Notes under the pieces: generated by a model
The model's database searches: none
Told to the model about the DNA's origin: nothing
Seen by the model: the letters and a program-made list of their open reading frames with translations, nothing else
Position numbers and translations under genes: made by a program
DNA from: Maricaulis sp.
GTDB taxonomy: Bacteria > Pseudomonadota > Alphaproteobacteria > Caulobacterales > Maricaulaceae
Direction of reading: 5' to 3'
Assembly: GCA_042095695.1 (NCBI GenBank)
Contig: JBELMP010000001.1
Location: forward strand, 50,642-114,641
DNA length: 64,000 nucleotides
In this document: one piece after another, positions 42,520 to 53,288 of the stretch
How positions within the stretch are numbered: position 1 is the first letter of the stretch
Layout: each line of letters starts with the position of its first letter

Positions 42520-43634
42520 ACGCGCAGCGGCATCAACACATAAAGTGCGTTGGGATCACCACTATCGGTGACCAGCGCCGGCGAGGCGGCATCGGCAAAA
42601 TGGAATTGCGCCTCATCGCCTTCGATCTGCGAGGCCACATCGAGCATGTAGCGGGCATTGAAACCGATGGCGAAGCCCTCATCGCCATAGGAGACCGCAA
42701 GCTCTTCCTCGGCCTGGCCGCTTTCCGGATTATTCACCGCCAGTGTCAGGTTGTCCGGCCCCAGGGAGAGCTTCACCGAGCGGGATTTCTCAACGGAAAT
42801 CGTCGCAACACGGTCAACCGCCTCGGCGAAACGCTTGTTCTCCACCGACATGAGACGGGAATTACCGCGCGGGATGACACGCTCATAATCGGGGAAGTCG
42901 CCATCGATCAGCTTGGAGGTGAGGACAGCATTGCCCAGCTTGAAGCGGATCTTGCCTTCCGACACGGAGACTTCGATATCTTCGTCGGCATCCTCGAGCA
43001 GGCGGCGAACTTCCTGGACCGTCTTGCGCGGTACGATCACCCCCGGCATGCCATCGGCGCCATCGGGAAGATCGATTTCGGACAGGGCGAGACGGACACC
43101 ATCGGTCGCGACGGCGCGCAGGGTCTTGCGGCCATCACTCTCGGCGGCATGAAGATGGATGCCATTGAGATAATAGCGGGTCTCTTCAGTCGAAATGGCG
43201 AAACGGGTCTTGTCGATCAGGCGCATGAGATCGGACGCAGCGAGTGTAAACCGATGCTCCAGCGCTTCGGACGGCATGATCGGGAAATCGCCCGGCGGCA
43301 GTGAGGGGAGCGAGAAGTTCGATCGGCCGGCCTGCAGGGTTAGGCGCGGATCACCACTATTCATCTCCAGAGTGACATCTGCGCCATCGGGTAGCTTGCG
43401 GGCGATATCATAGAGGGTATGCGCCGGCGCCGTGACCAGGCCTTCACCATCACTGGTGGCCTCGGTTGATTCGAGGATTTCAATGTCCAGATCGGTCGCC
43501 GCGAAGCTCACACCATCGGGCCCGGCGGTGATCAATACATTCGACAGGATCGGGATAGTGTTACGCTTTTCTACGACTGCCTGCACATGCCCGAGGGCTT
43601 TCAGGAGCGTTCCACGCTCGATCGTCAGCTTCAT
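42516..43634 (-). CDS. dnaN: DNA polymerase III beta clamp
   Basis: ATDLD, TRYYLNG, ATDG, FPDYERVIP, VLMPLR. Confidence 0.98.
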   Translation of the reverse strand: MKLTIERGTLLKALGHVQAVVEKRNTIPILSNVLITAGPDGVSFAATDLDIEILESTEATSDGEGLVTAPAHTLYDIARKLPDGADVTLEMNSGDPRLTLQAGRSNFSLPSLPPGDFPIMPSEALEHRFTLAASDLMRLIDKTRFAISTEETRYYLNGIHLHAAESDGRKTLRAVATDGVRLALSEIDLPDGADGMPGVIVPRKTVQEVRRLLEDADEDIEVSVSEGKIRFKLGNAVLTSKLIDGDFPDYERVIPRGNSRLMSVENKRFAEAVDRVATISVEKSRSVKLSLGPDNLTLAVNNPESGQAEEELAVSYGDEGFAIGFNARYMLDVASQIEGDEAQFHFADAASPALVTDSGDPNALYVLMPLRV

Positions 43635-43723
43635 ATCTCGTGTCCGCTATCAGCGTCATCCAAGAAAGCGCTGGCCGGCAAATCAGTCAGCGCCGAATAA
43701 GAATGGGTGGAAGAGGATACATG

Positions 43724-43762
43724 AAAAAACGCAACCGCAAGAACTTTCTCCAGCGGTTGCGT
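43724..43762 (-). terminator. Terminator-like hairpin between dnaA and dnaN
   Basis: ACGCAACCGC (43729-43738) pairs with GCGGTTGCGT (43753-43762); U-tract on the minus strand; long loop. Confidence 0.55.
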
Positions 43763-43774
43763 CATTTTCCGTGA

Positions 43775-45196
43775 TTATCCGTTGCGCAATGTCCGTGTCA
43801 GCGCATCGATTTCCTGGGTGATCGGATCGCCCGCATCGATCATCGCGGTCACTTTATTGACCGCATGAATGACCGTGGAGTGATCGCGACCGCCAAAGCG
43901 ACGACCGATATCCGGCAGGGAGCGTGTCGTCATCGTCTTGCACAGATACATGGCGACATGCCGCGGCCGGACAACGGACTGGGTCCGCCGTTTCGAGCAG
44001 ATATCCGCTGCAGTGACGCCAAAATGCGTGGCGACAGCCTTCTGGATCTCGTCAACAGTCAGACGCTTTTCCGAACTCAGCGAAAGATCTCGCAAGGCGC
44101 TGGAAACAGCATCCATTGTTACCGGCAAGCCAAGCAGGGCTGTCCGGCAGATGACATTATTCAGCACGCCCTCGAGCTCGCGCGCGCTGGAAGTGATCCG
44201 TGCGGCAAGAAAGTCGCGTACCGCTTCAGGCACATCGAGAACCGGATAATGGCACTTCGCCTGGGCGATCTTGCAATCGAGAATTTGTCGACGCAGATCC
44301 AGATCCGGCTTGGACAGCGGACAGGACAGGCCACCGGTCAAAAGCGAGCGCAGACGATTATCCGCCATGGGCAGTTCGGCTGGCGCACGATGCGAGGCCA
44401 GGACGACCTGCTTGTTCTCGGCAATCAGTGCCGCGATCGTATGCAGGAATTCATCCTCGGTCCGGGGTTTGCCGGCGATGAAATGAACATCATCGATCAA
44501 GAGGAAGTCGACGCTGCGCACCATTTCCTTGAAGGCGATTGTATCGCGTTCCTTCATCGCGGTGACAAAGCCGGACAGGAATTCCTCTGCCGTCAGGTAA
44601 AGCGCCTTGCGCGAGCTGTCATTCAGCTCGACCGCGGAGGCGACCGCGTGCATCAAATGCGTCTTGCCGACCCCGTAATCACCGTAGAAGAAAACCGGGT
44701 TGAAAGGCGGCACCGGTGCACTGACCATCGTACGCGCCGCCGCGGCGGCGACCTCATTCGCCGGGCCAACGCGGAATGTGTCGAAGGTAAAGCGCGGTTC
44801 CGACCCAGGCTTCGCCGCCTCAGCGGCCGCCGGCTCGGGCTGAGCTGTTGCTGCGGCCGTCGATCCCACCAAAGATTCAGGTGCGGATTGCCCTTCTGCG
44901 AGCACAAAAATTTCACGCAGGTTTTTGTCGGTTTCGGCCCAAATCGCGCGAATTCTTGCCCCGGCATGATCCTCGACCCAGTCGCGGTCGAAACTGCTGG
45001 GTGCAATGATCGCGATGGCGCCTGAATCCGTCATACGGACTCGAAGGCGGGCGATTTCCTGCGCATAAAGCGGTTCGCCCAACTCGCGTCTCAGACGCGC
45101 TCTTACACTACGCCAAACAGTCGATACAGCCTCTGCGTTCTGAGCATCAAAGTCCTTTGATTGAGCATCGGCTAAAGCTAATTTATTCAAAGCCAT
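43775..45196 (-). CDS. dnaA: Chromosomal replication initiator DnaA
   Basis: FNPVFFYGDYGVGKTH, LLIDD, RELEG, GGRDHSTV; start is ATG 45196 or 45226. Confidence 0.97.
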   Translation of the reverse strand: MALNKLALADAQSKDFDAQNAEAVSTVWRSVRARLRRELGEPLYAQEIARLRVRMTDSGAIAIIAPSSFDRDWVEDHAGARIRAIWAETDKNLREIFVLAEGQSAPESLVGSTAAATAQPEPAAAEAAKPGSEPRFTFDTFRVGPANEVAAAAARTMVSAPVPPFNPVFFYGDYGVGKTHLMHAVASAVELNDSSRKALYLTAEEFLSGFVTAMKERDTIAFKEMVRSVDFLLIDDVHFIAGKPRTEDEFLHTIAALIAENKQVVLASHRAPAELPMADNRLRSLLTGGLSCPLSKPDLDLRRQILDCKIAQAKCHYPVLDVPEAVRDFLAARITSSARELEGVLNNVICRTALLGLPVTMDAVSSALRDLSLSSEKRLTVDEIQKAVATHFGVTAADICSKRRTQSVVRPRHVAMYLCKTMTTRSLPDIGRRFGGRDHSTVIHAVNKVTAMIDAGDPITQEIDALTRTLRNG

Positions 45197-45345
45197 TATT
45201 AGATACACTTCTAGAGTTTCCTGCATCGAGGCAGGCTTTAGGTGTTTGTTTTATATGGCTCAATCCCCCCTGTCCCGGTGCTGGTCTATGCAGCATCGAT
45301 ACCGGAATATGATCCGCTTGGGAATGATCGCCCTCAGGTGATCAA

Positions 45346-45402
45346 AGGTTACGCTTTCACTAATTTGGGTCAACAGGATTCAGCGTCAGATTCTGGAGAT
45401 TC
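45346..45402 (-). promoter_or_regulatory. Putative sigma70 dnaA promoter with clustered GANTC (CcrM) sites
   Basis: Minus-strand TTGACC (45373-45368), 16-nt spacer, TAACCT (45351-45346). GATTC at 45377, 45389 and 45398, just upstream of the -35. Confidence 0.55.
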
Positions 45403-45632
45403 TTCGCTTGACACGGGAAATCCGTGATCGGATCGAAGCTTGCACTTTGCGACAGATTTGTGACGTTTCAGCATGGCTAATTTTGCGGGTGGAATCTGTC
45501 CGTTTTTGGGGTGCAGGAACGCCAAAAACGCAAAAATCAAGTGCTCAGTACGCAGACTAATAATTTTAATACTGGATTCATGCGTACACGAATTAACCGC
45601 TCATATTTTATCAAGACTGTTGAGGCGGAGAC

Positions 45633-45664
45633 AAAAAAACGCCCGGGTCGTTAAACCCGGGCGT
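45633..45664 (-). terminator. Intrinsic terminator of rpsT
   Basis: ACGCCCGGGT-cgttaa-ACCCGGGCGT with a U7 tract on the minus strand. Confidence 0.85.
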
Positions 45665-45688
45665 CTGGAAATCTGCGCTGTGGGGCGC

Positions 45689-45955
45689 TTAGGCCGTCAT
45701 TGCCTTAACCCGGCCATTCAGGCGGGAGACTTTGCGAGAGCCGGTGTTCTTGTGGAACACGCCCTTGCTTACGGCACTCATCATTTCAGACTCGGCCTTC
45801 ACCATGGCGGTCTGGGCCGCCGCCTGATCGCCAGCTTCAATCGCCAGCTCAACCTTTTTGACAAAGGTACGCACGCGGGAGCGGCGCGCCTTGTTGATCG
45901 CGGTGCGGCGCGCGATCTTGCGAACCATTTTCTTGGCCGAAGATGTGTTGGCCAT
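45689..45955 (-). CDS. rpsT: 30S ribosomal protein S20
   Basis: [25 protein letters not shown]. Confidence 0.97.
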   Translation of the reverse strand: MANTSSAKKMVRKIARRTAINKARRSRVRTFVKKVELAIEAGDQAAAQTAMVKAESEMMSAVSKGVFHKNTGSRKVSRLNGRVKAMTA

Positions 45956-46065
45956 AAGATCTTACCTCATCATGCGTTCGGGCGTGGAAAGCCCGGGAAA
46001 TTCCGTGAGCGGCGGCGTATAGGCCTTCCCGCTCCGCCCGTCAACTACTCAATCGCCGCTTTCGC

Positions 46066-46842
46066 CTAGCGGTGCTTGAAATGTGCAGCCCGTTTCTCAG
46101 CGAACGCGGCCATGCCTTCTTTCTGATCTTCCAGTGTAAACTGGGACTGGAAGACGCGGCGCTCGAAGCGAATGCCCTCGGCAAGGCTGATTTCCTGGCT
46201 GCGATTGATCGCTTCCTTGGTCATCATCGCGACGGGCAGGGATTTCGATGCAATCGTTTCTGCCGCTTCCATTGCCGTTTCGACAAGGTCATCGGCCGGT
46301 ACAATCCGGGAGACAAGGCCGGCGCGCTCGGCTTCTTCTGCATCCATCATGCGACCGGTCAGGCACATATCCATGGCCTTGGCCTTGCCAACGGCGCGCG
46401 GCAGGCGTTGCGTGCCACCGGCACCCGGCATAACGCCCAGATTGATTTCGGGCTGACCGAATTTCGCTGTCTCGGACGCAATGATGAAATCGCACATCAT
46501 TGCGATCTCGCATCCACCGCCGAGTGCGTAGCCGGATACTGCAGCGATGATCGGCTTGCGGAAGCGGGCGACAGATTCCCAGGTTTCAGCAAACGGGTCA
46601 TGATTGTAGAAGCCGACAAAATCGCCGGACTGCAATTCCTTGATATCAGCTCCTGCGGCGAAGGCTTTTTTCGATCCGGTCAGGACCACACAGCCAATCT
46701 CGGGATCGGATTCAAATCCGGCCAGGGCATCGGTGAGCTCGCGGGTCAACTCGTCACACAGCGCATTGAGCGCTTCGGGACGGTCAAGGGTAATTACCCC
46801 GACACGGCCTTCGGTCTTAACCTGGATCGTCTTGTGGGCCAT
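46066..46842 (-). CDS. Enoyl-CoA hydratase
   Basis: [29 protein letters not shown]; start set at MAHKT. Confidence 0.95.
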   Translation of the reverse strand: MAHKTIQVKTEGRVGVITLDRPEALNALCDELTRELTDALAGFESDPEIGCVVLTGSKKAFAAGADIKELQSGDFVGFYNHDPFAETWESVARFRKPIIAAVSGYALGGGCEIAMMCDFIIASETAKFGQPEINLGVMPGAGGTQRLPRAVGKAKAMDMCLTGRMMDAEEAERAGLVSRIVPADDLVETAMEAAETIASKSLPVAMMTKEAINRSQEISLAEGIRFERRVFQSQFTLEDQKEGMAAFAEKRAAHFKHR

Positions 46843-46972
46843 TGCGGCTCTCCATCTGACGGCGCCAGCACGGCGCCTCGAAAAATCCGCGCCGCTATAG
46901 CGCACCCCTGAGCGAGGGTCGATAGCCTGCAATGAAGTCGACGCACTCGCCAGTCAAAAATCAGCAATTCGC

Positions 46973-47836
46973 TCAGCGCTGACACTGGCTGCAATAGAAG
47001 CTGGACCGGCCAGACTGTACCAGCCGCTTTATTCGCCCATTGCAACCACTTGTAAAACAGGCCTCATTCTCGCGACCATAGACTTGGAAGCGGTGCTGGA
47101 AATAGCCCAGCGCCCCATCTGCAGTGGCAAAATCCCGCAGCGTCGAGCCGCCGGACTCAATCGCCTCATTGATTACATCGCGAATATGCGGGGTAAGACG
47201 GTCGGCCCGTTTACCGGCAATGCTGGCGGCTTTTCGGCGCGGACTAATCCCCGCCCTGAACAGGGCTTCACACACATAGATATTTCCCAGACCCGAGACG
47301 ATGGACTGGTCGAGCAGCGCGGTCTTGATCGGTGTGGCCCGGCCAGCGAGGGCGGCAGAAAGATAGGCCGAGGAGAATTCATTGGAATTCGGTTCCGGAC
47401 CCAGAACGGACAGGAAGCGGACATCCGCCTCCCGACCGGTTTCGAACAAATCCATGAAACCGAAGCGGCGCGGGTCATTATAGCGGATCGTGACGCCGCC
47501 CTCGAGCTCCAGAATGACATGGTCATGGACCGGATTGGCGGGCGGCGCATGCACAAAATCACCAGGTTGCCGAGCGCCATCTTCCGCCTCAATAGAAAAC
47601 CGGCCTGACATGCCCAGATGCGCCAGCAGGCTTTCGCCGCCATCCAGGCGGACCAGAAGGTATTTGGAGCGCCGATCGATTTGCACGACCCGCTGGCCCT
47701 CGAGGCGCTCAACCATCCGCGCAGGGAAGGGGAAGCGCAAGTCAGGCCGGTTGAGCCGGCAGCGCGTGATGCGGCGCCCGGCCATGGCCGGGGTCAGGCC
47801 GCGGCGGACAGTTTCGACTTCCGGGAGTTCAGGCAT
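46973..47836 (-). CDS. mutM: Formamidopyrimidine-DNA glycosylase
   Basis: [21 protein letters not shown]-terminal zinc finger. Confidence 0.97.
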   Translation of the reverse strand: MPELPEVETVRRGLTPAMAGRRITRCRLNRPDLRFPFPARMVERLEGQRVVQIDRRSKYLLVRLDGGESLLAHLGMSGRFSIEAEDGARQPGDFVHAPPANPVHDHVILELEGGVTIRYNDPRRFGFMDLFETGREADVRFLSVLGPEPNSNEFSSAYLSAALAGRATPIKTALLDQSIVSGLGNIYVCEALFRAGISPRRKAASIAGKRADRLTPHIRDVINEAIESGGSTLRDFATADGALGYFQHRFQVYGRENEACFTSGCNGRIKRLVQSGRSSFYCSQCQR

Positions 47837-47926
47837 TGTATCGGCCGGTTTTTCTTTCATTTACAGCGGCAAGAGGACGCGTTTCGCTGGCTTCCCCCCT
47901 GCCTGATCTTGGCTTATGTAAGCGCC

Positions 47927-48718
47927 ATGACAAGCAAGCAAGATAGTCGCCCTGAAGAAACGGTCTCCTTCGGTTTCGCTGATGTGGCCCGTGGAGACAA
48001 GGCGGGTCTGGTCCGCGGCGTGTTTGATCGCTCGGCGCAACGCTATGACCTGATGAATGATCTCATGTCCCTCGGTGTCCACCGGGTCTGGAAGGACATG
48101 GTCTTGACCCGGGCCAATCCCCAGCCCGGAGAACGGCATTTGGATGTGGCCGGCGGCACGGGCGATCTGGCGCGCAGCTTCCTGGAGAAGGCGGACCGGG
48201 CCGGCCGGCGTCGCGGTCATCCGGCCACGGCCCAGGCGATAGTGCTGGATATCAATGAGCAGATGCTCCGGGCCGGGGTGAAGCGCGGCCTCAAGGATGA
48301 CCATCAGGGTCGTGTGAGCTGGATTACCGGCAATGCGGAATGCCTGCCCCTGCCGGCGCGCTGGGCGGATTGTGTCACGATCTCCACCGGTATCCGCAAT
48401 GTCACCAATCGCGATGCGGCGCTGCGGGAAATGCGGCGCGTGCTCAAGCCCGGCGGCCGGTTTCTCTGTCTGGAATTCACCCGGCCGACTAGCCGCGCCT
48501 GGGAGCGCCTGTATGACGCATGGTCCTTCAATGTCATGCCCGAGCTCGGCCATCATGTCGCGAAGGACCGGGAGAGCTATCAATACTTGGTGGAGTCGAT
48601 CCGTCGTTTTCCCGATCAGGAGCAATTCAAGGCGGAGATCGAGGCGGCCGGCTTCCGGCAGGTCAGCTATACCAATTATTCCGGTGGGATTGCCGCCTTG
48701 CACATGGGATGGGCCTGA
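47927..48718 (+). CDS. ubiE: Ubiquinone/menaquinone C-methyltransferase UbiE
   Basis: [29 protein letters not shown]. Confidence 0.95.
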   Translation: MTSKQDSRPEETVSFGFADVARGDKAGLVRGVFDRSAQRYDLMNDLMSLGVHRVWKDMVLTRANPQPGERHLDVAGGTGDLARSFLEKADRAGRRRGHPATAQAIVLDINEQMLRAGVKRGLKDDHQGRVSWITGNAECLPLPARWADCVTISTGIRNVTNRDAALREMRRVLKPGGRFLCLEFTRPTSRAWERLYDAWSFNVMPELGHHVAKDRESYQYLVESIRRFPDQEQFKAEIEAAGFRQVSYTNYSGGIAALHMGWA

Positions 48719-48808
48719 TCCGGGCCGCAGCCGTCCATCCACCTGAAGGCGTGACGCGACTCCACGCCGCGCTCGCCAAGACCGCCTTCGCGCACTAAAC
48801 CCCGCACC

Positions 48809-50347
48809 ATGCTTTCGACGCTTATGTCATTCCTGCGGCTCCTGCGAGCCATGCTGACCCTGATCCGGCACGATGCGATCCTGCCGAAAGAGTATCAGCA
48901 GCTCTATCCGGCACCGGCACGCTGGCTGGGCGGGTTTGCGCGCCTGTTCTCGCGACGCGACCGGGCCGATAATCCCGGGGAGAGACTGGCCCGCGCGCTC
49001 GAGCGGCTGGGGCCGTCCTATGTGAAGCTGGGTCAGGTCCTGGCGACGCGCGGCGATGTGATCGGTGAGCGCTTTGCCCGGGGTCTCTCGCGTCTGCAGG
49101 ACAAGATGCCGGCGTTTGACGATGCCGAGGCGCGCGCCGTGCTGGCCGAGGAGCTCGGTGCGCCAGTCGATGCGATCTTCAGTGAATTCAGCCCGGCCAT
49201 TGCAGCGGCCTCGATCGCGCAGGTGCACAAGGCCGTAACCCGGTCCGGCAAGACTGTTGCGGTGAAGATCGTCCGGCCGGGCATTGAGGCGCGCATTGCG
49301 CGGGATATCCGCGCCCTGTCGCTGGGGGCGGCACTCGCCGAGCGTCTGGCACCCGCCTCGCGCCGGCTGGAGCCCAGGAAATTCGTGGAGACCGTTGCGC
49401 GATCGCTGGAATTGGAGACCGATCTCCGCCTGGAGGCAGCGGCAGGATCCGAGCTCGCAGAGGCGGCTGCTGCCGTCTCGCACTATCGCATTCCGACAGT
49501 GGAATGGGGCTTGTCCTCCCGACATATCCTGGTCACGCAGTGGATTGAGGGGATCGCCCTGACCGATCAGGATGCGATTGCCGCCTCCGGGCTCGACCGC
49601 TCGGCGCTCGCAACCACGCTGATCCGGGCCTTTCTGGGCACGGCCCTGCATCGCGGCGTGTTTCACGCCGATATGCATGCCGGCAATCTCTTCACTGCCA
49701 CAGATGGCACGCTCTGGGCCGTTGATTTCGGCATTATGGGGCGGATCGGTCGCGCAGAGCGTCGGTTTCTTGCGCTGATCCTGCACGGCTTTTTGACGCG
49801 CAATTACAAGGCTGCGGCGGAGGCCCATTTCGCCGCGGGCTATGTTCCGCCGCATCATTCGGTGGATGATTTTGCCAGCGCACTGCGCGCGGTTGGCGAG
49901 CCGATTTTCGGCAAGCAGGCCGACGAGGTACCGATGTCCCGGGTCCTGCTGCAACTTTTCGAGATGACCGAGCTCTTCGATATGCGGCTGCGGCCGGAGC
50001 TGGTCATTCTGCAAAAGACCATGGTGCAGGCGGAAGGCGTCGCCCGCATGCTAGACCCCCAGCATGATATGTGGGCCGCCTCGGCCCCGGTAGTCGAGGA
50101 CTGGATGAAGCGCGAGCTGGGGCCGGAGGGCCTGGTTCGTGATTTCCTGGACGATGCCGGACGGCTGCGCGATGCCCTCAAGCAATTGCCCGATGCGATC
50201 GAGGATTGGGCCGAGATCGGCCGCAAGCTCAAGGCTGGCGAGCTGCGGCTTGGCGACGGTCCGCGCTTGCGCCCTTGGGCGCTGCGTCTGGCCTGGCTGG
50301 GAGGCGCCGCGGCGGCCGGAGCTTTCGCGGCGACACTGTTCAGCTGA
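48809..50347 (+). CDS. ubiB: Ubiquinone biosynthesis kinase-like protein UbiB
   Basis: KLGQ, AASIAQVH, VAVK, FHADMHAGN, DFG. Confidence 0.95.
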   Translation: MLSTLMSFLRLLRAMLTLIRHDAILPKEYQQLYPAPARWLGGFARLFSRRDRADNPGERLARALERLGPSYVKLGQVLATRGDVIGERFARGLSRLQDKMPAFDDAEARAVLAEELGAPVDAIFSEFSPAIAAASIAQVHKAVTRSGKTVAVKIVRPGIEARIARDIRALSLGAALAERLAPASRRLEPRKFVETVARSLELETDLRLEAAAGSELAEAAAAVSHYRIPTVEWGLSSRHILVTQWIEGIALTDQDAIAASGLDRSALATTLIRAFLGTALHRGVFHADMHAGNLFTATDGTLWAVDFGIMGRIGRAERRFLALILHGFLTRNYKAAAEAHFAAGYVPPHHSVDDFASALRAVGEPIFGKQADEVPMSRVLLQLFEMTELFDMRLRPELVILQKTMVQAEGVARMLDPQHDMWAASAPVVEDWMKRELGPEGLVRDFLDDAGRLRDALKQLPDAIEDWAEIGRKLKAGELRLGDGPRLRPWALRLAWLGGAAAAGAFAATLFS

Positions 50348-50770
50348 TCAGGCGTGGATCGCTATGGCGAAGCGGATCCAGAGAATGGCCAGGATCACAA
50401 AGCCAATCCGGTGGGTCAAAAAGCGCAAGGCCATATTATTGATCGTGACATGGACCAGGGTGTGGATGATGCGGCTGATCGCAAAGGCCCAGGCCAGCGT
50501 GACCTGCAGCCCGTCCACCTCGACCATGGATCCGACCGCCGCATAGGCAGCCACCAGAGCATAATAGAGCACCGGAAGTTCGAACAGATTGGCGAGATTG
50601 CGGCCCCAGTTTCCAAGCCAGTCCGGGGGTGGTGAGCCGGCTTTGGTCAGCGAGTACTCATCACTGAGCTGACCGCGAGCCTTGGCCATGACGCCCAGGA
50701 CTGTGAGCATGAGATAGACGAATAAGGTGAGTAGTGCGAGCGCGGTAGCCGCGAGTACGAGATCGATCAT
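50348..50770 (-). CDS. MAPEG family membrane protein
   Basis: NLANLFELPVLYY, RIIHTLVH; TM segments. Confidence 0.88.
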   Translation of the reverse strand: MIDLVLAATALALLTLFVYLMLTVLGVMAKARGQLSDEYSLTKAGSPPPDWLGNWGRNLANLFELPVLYYALVAAYAAVGSMVEVDGLQVTLAWAFAISRIIHTLVHVTINNMALRFLTHRIGFVILAILWIRFAIAIHA

Positions 50771-50930
50771 GATGTTCTCCCCAAACGGCTGGGCAGGCTA
50801 ACCTGTTTGCTCAAATTGTCGAGAATTCCGGTGTACGGGCCGGTCTAGGACATCGCAAACTAACCATATCAGCACACCGCTTGGTAACGAAGTTCTGCTT
50901 GAATATCCTTTGGTCTGCTTGAGAATTTCG

Positions 50931-51488
50931 ATGGAAAACGCCGACGATCCCTTTGCTGAACTTCGTCAATTAGAGCGCGAATTTTACAAGATCGATGAAG
51001 ATGCCATTCATCTCATCCGCAAGCATATGCCGCGCCTTATGCAGTATGCGGAAACCGCACTGGAGACAGTCTTCGACCATCTCAAGACCAATCCTGTCGT
51101 CGCCGACTATTTTGCCGATGAGGACAATATGGGCTTTCTGCGCAGCGGTATGATCGCCCATTGCAATACGGTTTTGAGCGGGCGTTATGATCCGGCTTAT
51201 TATGACGCTGCAAGCCAGCTGGGCCTGCGTCATTCCAAGCTCGACTACCCGTCCTTTGTCTATTCGGCCGCCTATACGAATATGCTGATGAGCATGAAAA
51301 CACAGGCGCTGGCCGATAAACGTCCCCTGCCGGCGTCAGTGCTGGAGGCGCTCGACCGGGTCGCCCTCTATGACCTGGAATTGACCCAGGCGGCCTTCTA
51401 TCGACACCAGATAGAGAAGGTCAGCGCGCTCAATGCCGATGCCGCCAAGGTGCGCGCGCTTATGGATACGCAGTCTGACGCGGCATAA
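50931..51488 (+). CDS. Stand-alone protoglobin/sensor-globin domain protein
   Basis: HemAT-like pattern VFDHL...SGRYDPAYY...LGLRHSKL...YSAAY, with no transmitter domain. Confidence 0.75.
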   Translation: MENADDPFAELRQLEREFYKIDEDAIHLIRKHMPRLMQYAETALETVFDHLKTNPVVADYFADEDNMGFLRSGMIAHCNTVLSGRYDPAYYDAASQLGLRHSKLDYPSFVYSAAYTNMLMSMKTQALADKRPLPASVLEALDRVALYDLELTQAAFYRHQIEKVSALNADAAKVRALMDTQSDAA

Positions 51489-51544
51489 GCCTTGGGAAAT
51501 GCGTGATGAAGCGCTAAATAGCGGTCAGCAAGAAGGAGCCGGCC

Positions 51545-52087
51545 GTGTCTGCTAAGCGCGTGCTTTTGATCATTGGGGGCGGGATCGCCGCCTACAAATC
51601 GCTGGAGCTGATCCGCGATCTGTCCCGTCGGGGGATTGCCAGTCGCTGCATTCTGACACGGGCCGGGGCGGAATTCGTGACGCCGCTGAGCGTGTCCTCC
51701 CTGTCCGGGGACAAGGTCTATAGCGATCTGTTCGACCTGACCGATGAGGCCGAAATGGGCCATATCGAGCTTTCGCGGTCCGCCGATCTCGTCGTTGTCG
51801 TGCCTGCCACAGCCGATCTGATGGCCAAGGCCGCAAACGGTCTGGCCAATGATCTGGCCTCGACAACATTGCTGGCGACCGACAAGCCGGTGCTGATGGC
51901 GCCAGCCATGAATGTGCGCATGTGGCAACACCCGGCGACCCAGCGCAATCTTGCCACGCTCATCGGTGATGGCGTGCAATGTGTCGGTCCTGATGAGGGC
52001 GATATGGCCTGCGGCGAGTTCGGACCGGGACGCCTGGCCGAGCCGTCCGTAATTGCCGATGCCATTGAGGCCGCGCTCAATGGCTGA
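51545..52087 (+). CDS. coaC: Phosphopantothenoylcysteine decarboxylase (flavoprotein half of Dfp)
   Basis: GGIAAYK, HIELS, PAMNVRMW, ACGEFGPGRL. Confidence 0.9.
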   Translation: MSAKRVLLIIGGGIAAYKSLELIRDLSRRGIASRCILTRAGAEFVTPLSVSSLSGDKVYSDLFDLTDEAEMGHIELSRSADLVVVVPATADLMAKAANGLANDLASTTLLATDKPVLMAPAMNVRMWQHPATQRNLATLIGDGVQCVGPDEGDMACGEFGPGRLAEPSVIADAIEAALNG

Positions 52088-52736
52088 CAGCTTGGCGGGC
52101 CAGACCATCGTCATTACCGCCGGTCCCACGCTTGAGCCGATCGATCCGGTGCGCTTCATCTCCAATCGCTCCTCCGGCGCCCAGGGCTATGCCATCGCCG
52201 AAGCTTGTGCGGCGCTGGGGGCAGATGTCCGACTGGTCAGCGGGCCGACGGCCCTGCCGGACCCGGCAGGCGTGCAGACAATCCGTATCGAGACAGCGCG
52301 TGAGATGCTCGCTGCGGTGCAGACGGCCCTGCCGGCGCAGGTCTTCATCGCAGTTGCGGCCGTCGCCGACTGGCGTCCCGCTGAGGCAGCCGATCAGAAG
52401 ATCAAGGGTGAAAAGGGTCAGATGACCGCCCTGCAACTGGTCGAGAACCCGGATATTCTCAAGACGATCAGTCAGCAAAGCGCCGACCGCCCCGGCCTGG
52501 TGATCGGATTCGCGGCGGAGACCCATGATGTCGAGGCGCACGCCATCGCCAAGCGCCACCGCAAGGGGTGCGACTGGATCATCGCCAATGATGTCTCCGG
52601 TGATGTCATGGGCGGGACGCATAACCAGGTCTCGCTGATTTCTCAGACGGGTGTCGAAACCTGGCCGGAAGGCTCGAAGGCGGAGATTGCCCGGCGGATT
52701 GCCATGCGCATTGCGCAAACGCTCGTGGAAAGCTGA
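52080..52736 (+). CDS. coaB: Phosphopantothenate-cysteine ligase (synthetase half of Dfp)
   Basis: TAGPTLEPIDPVRFISNRSSG, AAVADW, NPDIL, GFAAET; ATG overlaps the coaC stop by 8 nt. Confidence 0.9.
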   Translation: MADSLAGQTIVITAGPTLEPIDPVRFISNRSSGAQGYAIAEACAALGADVRLVSGPTALPDPAGVQTIRIETAREMLAAVQTALPAQVFIAVAAVADWRPAEAADQKIKGEKGQMTALQLVENPDILKTISQQSADRPGLVIGFAAETHDVEAHAIAKRHRKGCDWIIANDVSGDVMGGTHNQVSLISQTGVETWPEGSKAEIARRIAMRIAQTLVES

Positions 52737-52799
52737 GCCACCGGGCTGGTCAGCCCGGCGGAACCCGGTTTTGATGGCGCAGTGAAAAGAGGGCCTGTC

Positions 52800-53255
52800 A
52801 TGAATTCCGTTACTGTCCGCATCAAACCGCTCGATCATTATGAAGGCTTGCAACTGCCGGCCTATGAAACGGCCCAGTCTGCTGGCATGGATCTTCGCGC
52901 CGCCATTCCCGAGGCGGAGCCGGTCACCATCCCGCCGGGTGAGTGGCGGTTAATTCCTGTCGGAATCGCGATTGCCCTGCCCCAGGGTTTTGAGGCGCAG
53001 GTGCGCCCGCGCTCCGGCCTGGCAGCGCGCCATGGCATTTCCTGCGTCAATACGCCGGGCACGATCGATGCCGATTATCGCGGTGAGCTGAAGGTCAATC
53101 TGATCAATCACGGCAAGGCCGATTTCAATGTGAAGCGCGGGGACCGCATCGCCCAGATGATTATCGCCCCGGTGATCCAGGCGCTCTGGGAGGTCGCCGA
53201 TGCGCTCGATGAAACAGAACGCGGTACGGGCGGTTTCGGATCGACCGGTGTGTAA
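52800..53255 (+). CDS. dut: dUTP diphosphatase
   Basis: [29 protein letters not shown]. Confidence 0.97.
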   Translation: MNSVTVRIKPLDHYEGLQLPAYETAQSAGMDLRAAIPEAEPVTIPPGEWRLIPVGIAIALPQGFEAQVRPRSGLAARHGISCVNTPGTIDADYRGELKVNLINHGKADFNVKRGDRIAQMIIAPVIQALWEVADALDETERGTGGFGSTGV

Positions 53256-53288
53256 CTAAATAAGGCTGAAGACCAGGAGGAGAGTGCG

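Noticed and set aside
45227-45688. AT-rich rpsT-dnaA intergenic region as a candidate oriC
   Set aside because: No clustered DnaA boxes were seen; the hemE-DUF299 gap has them and matches the known Caulobacter-type origin position.
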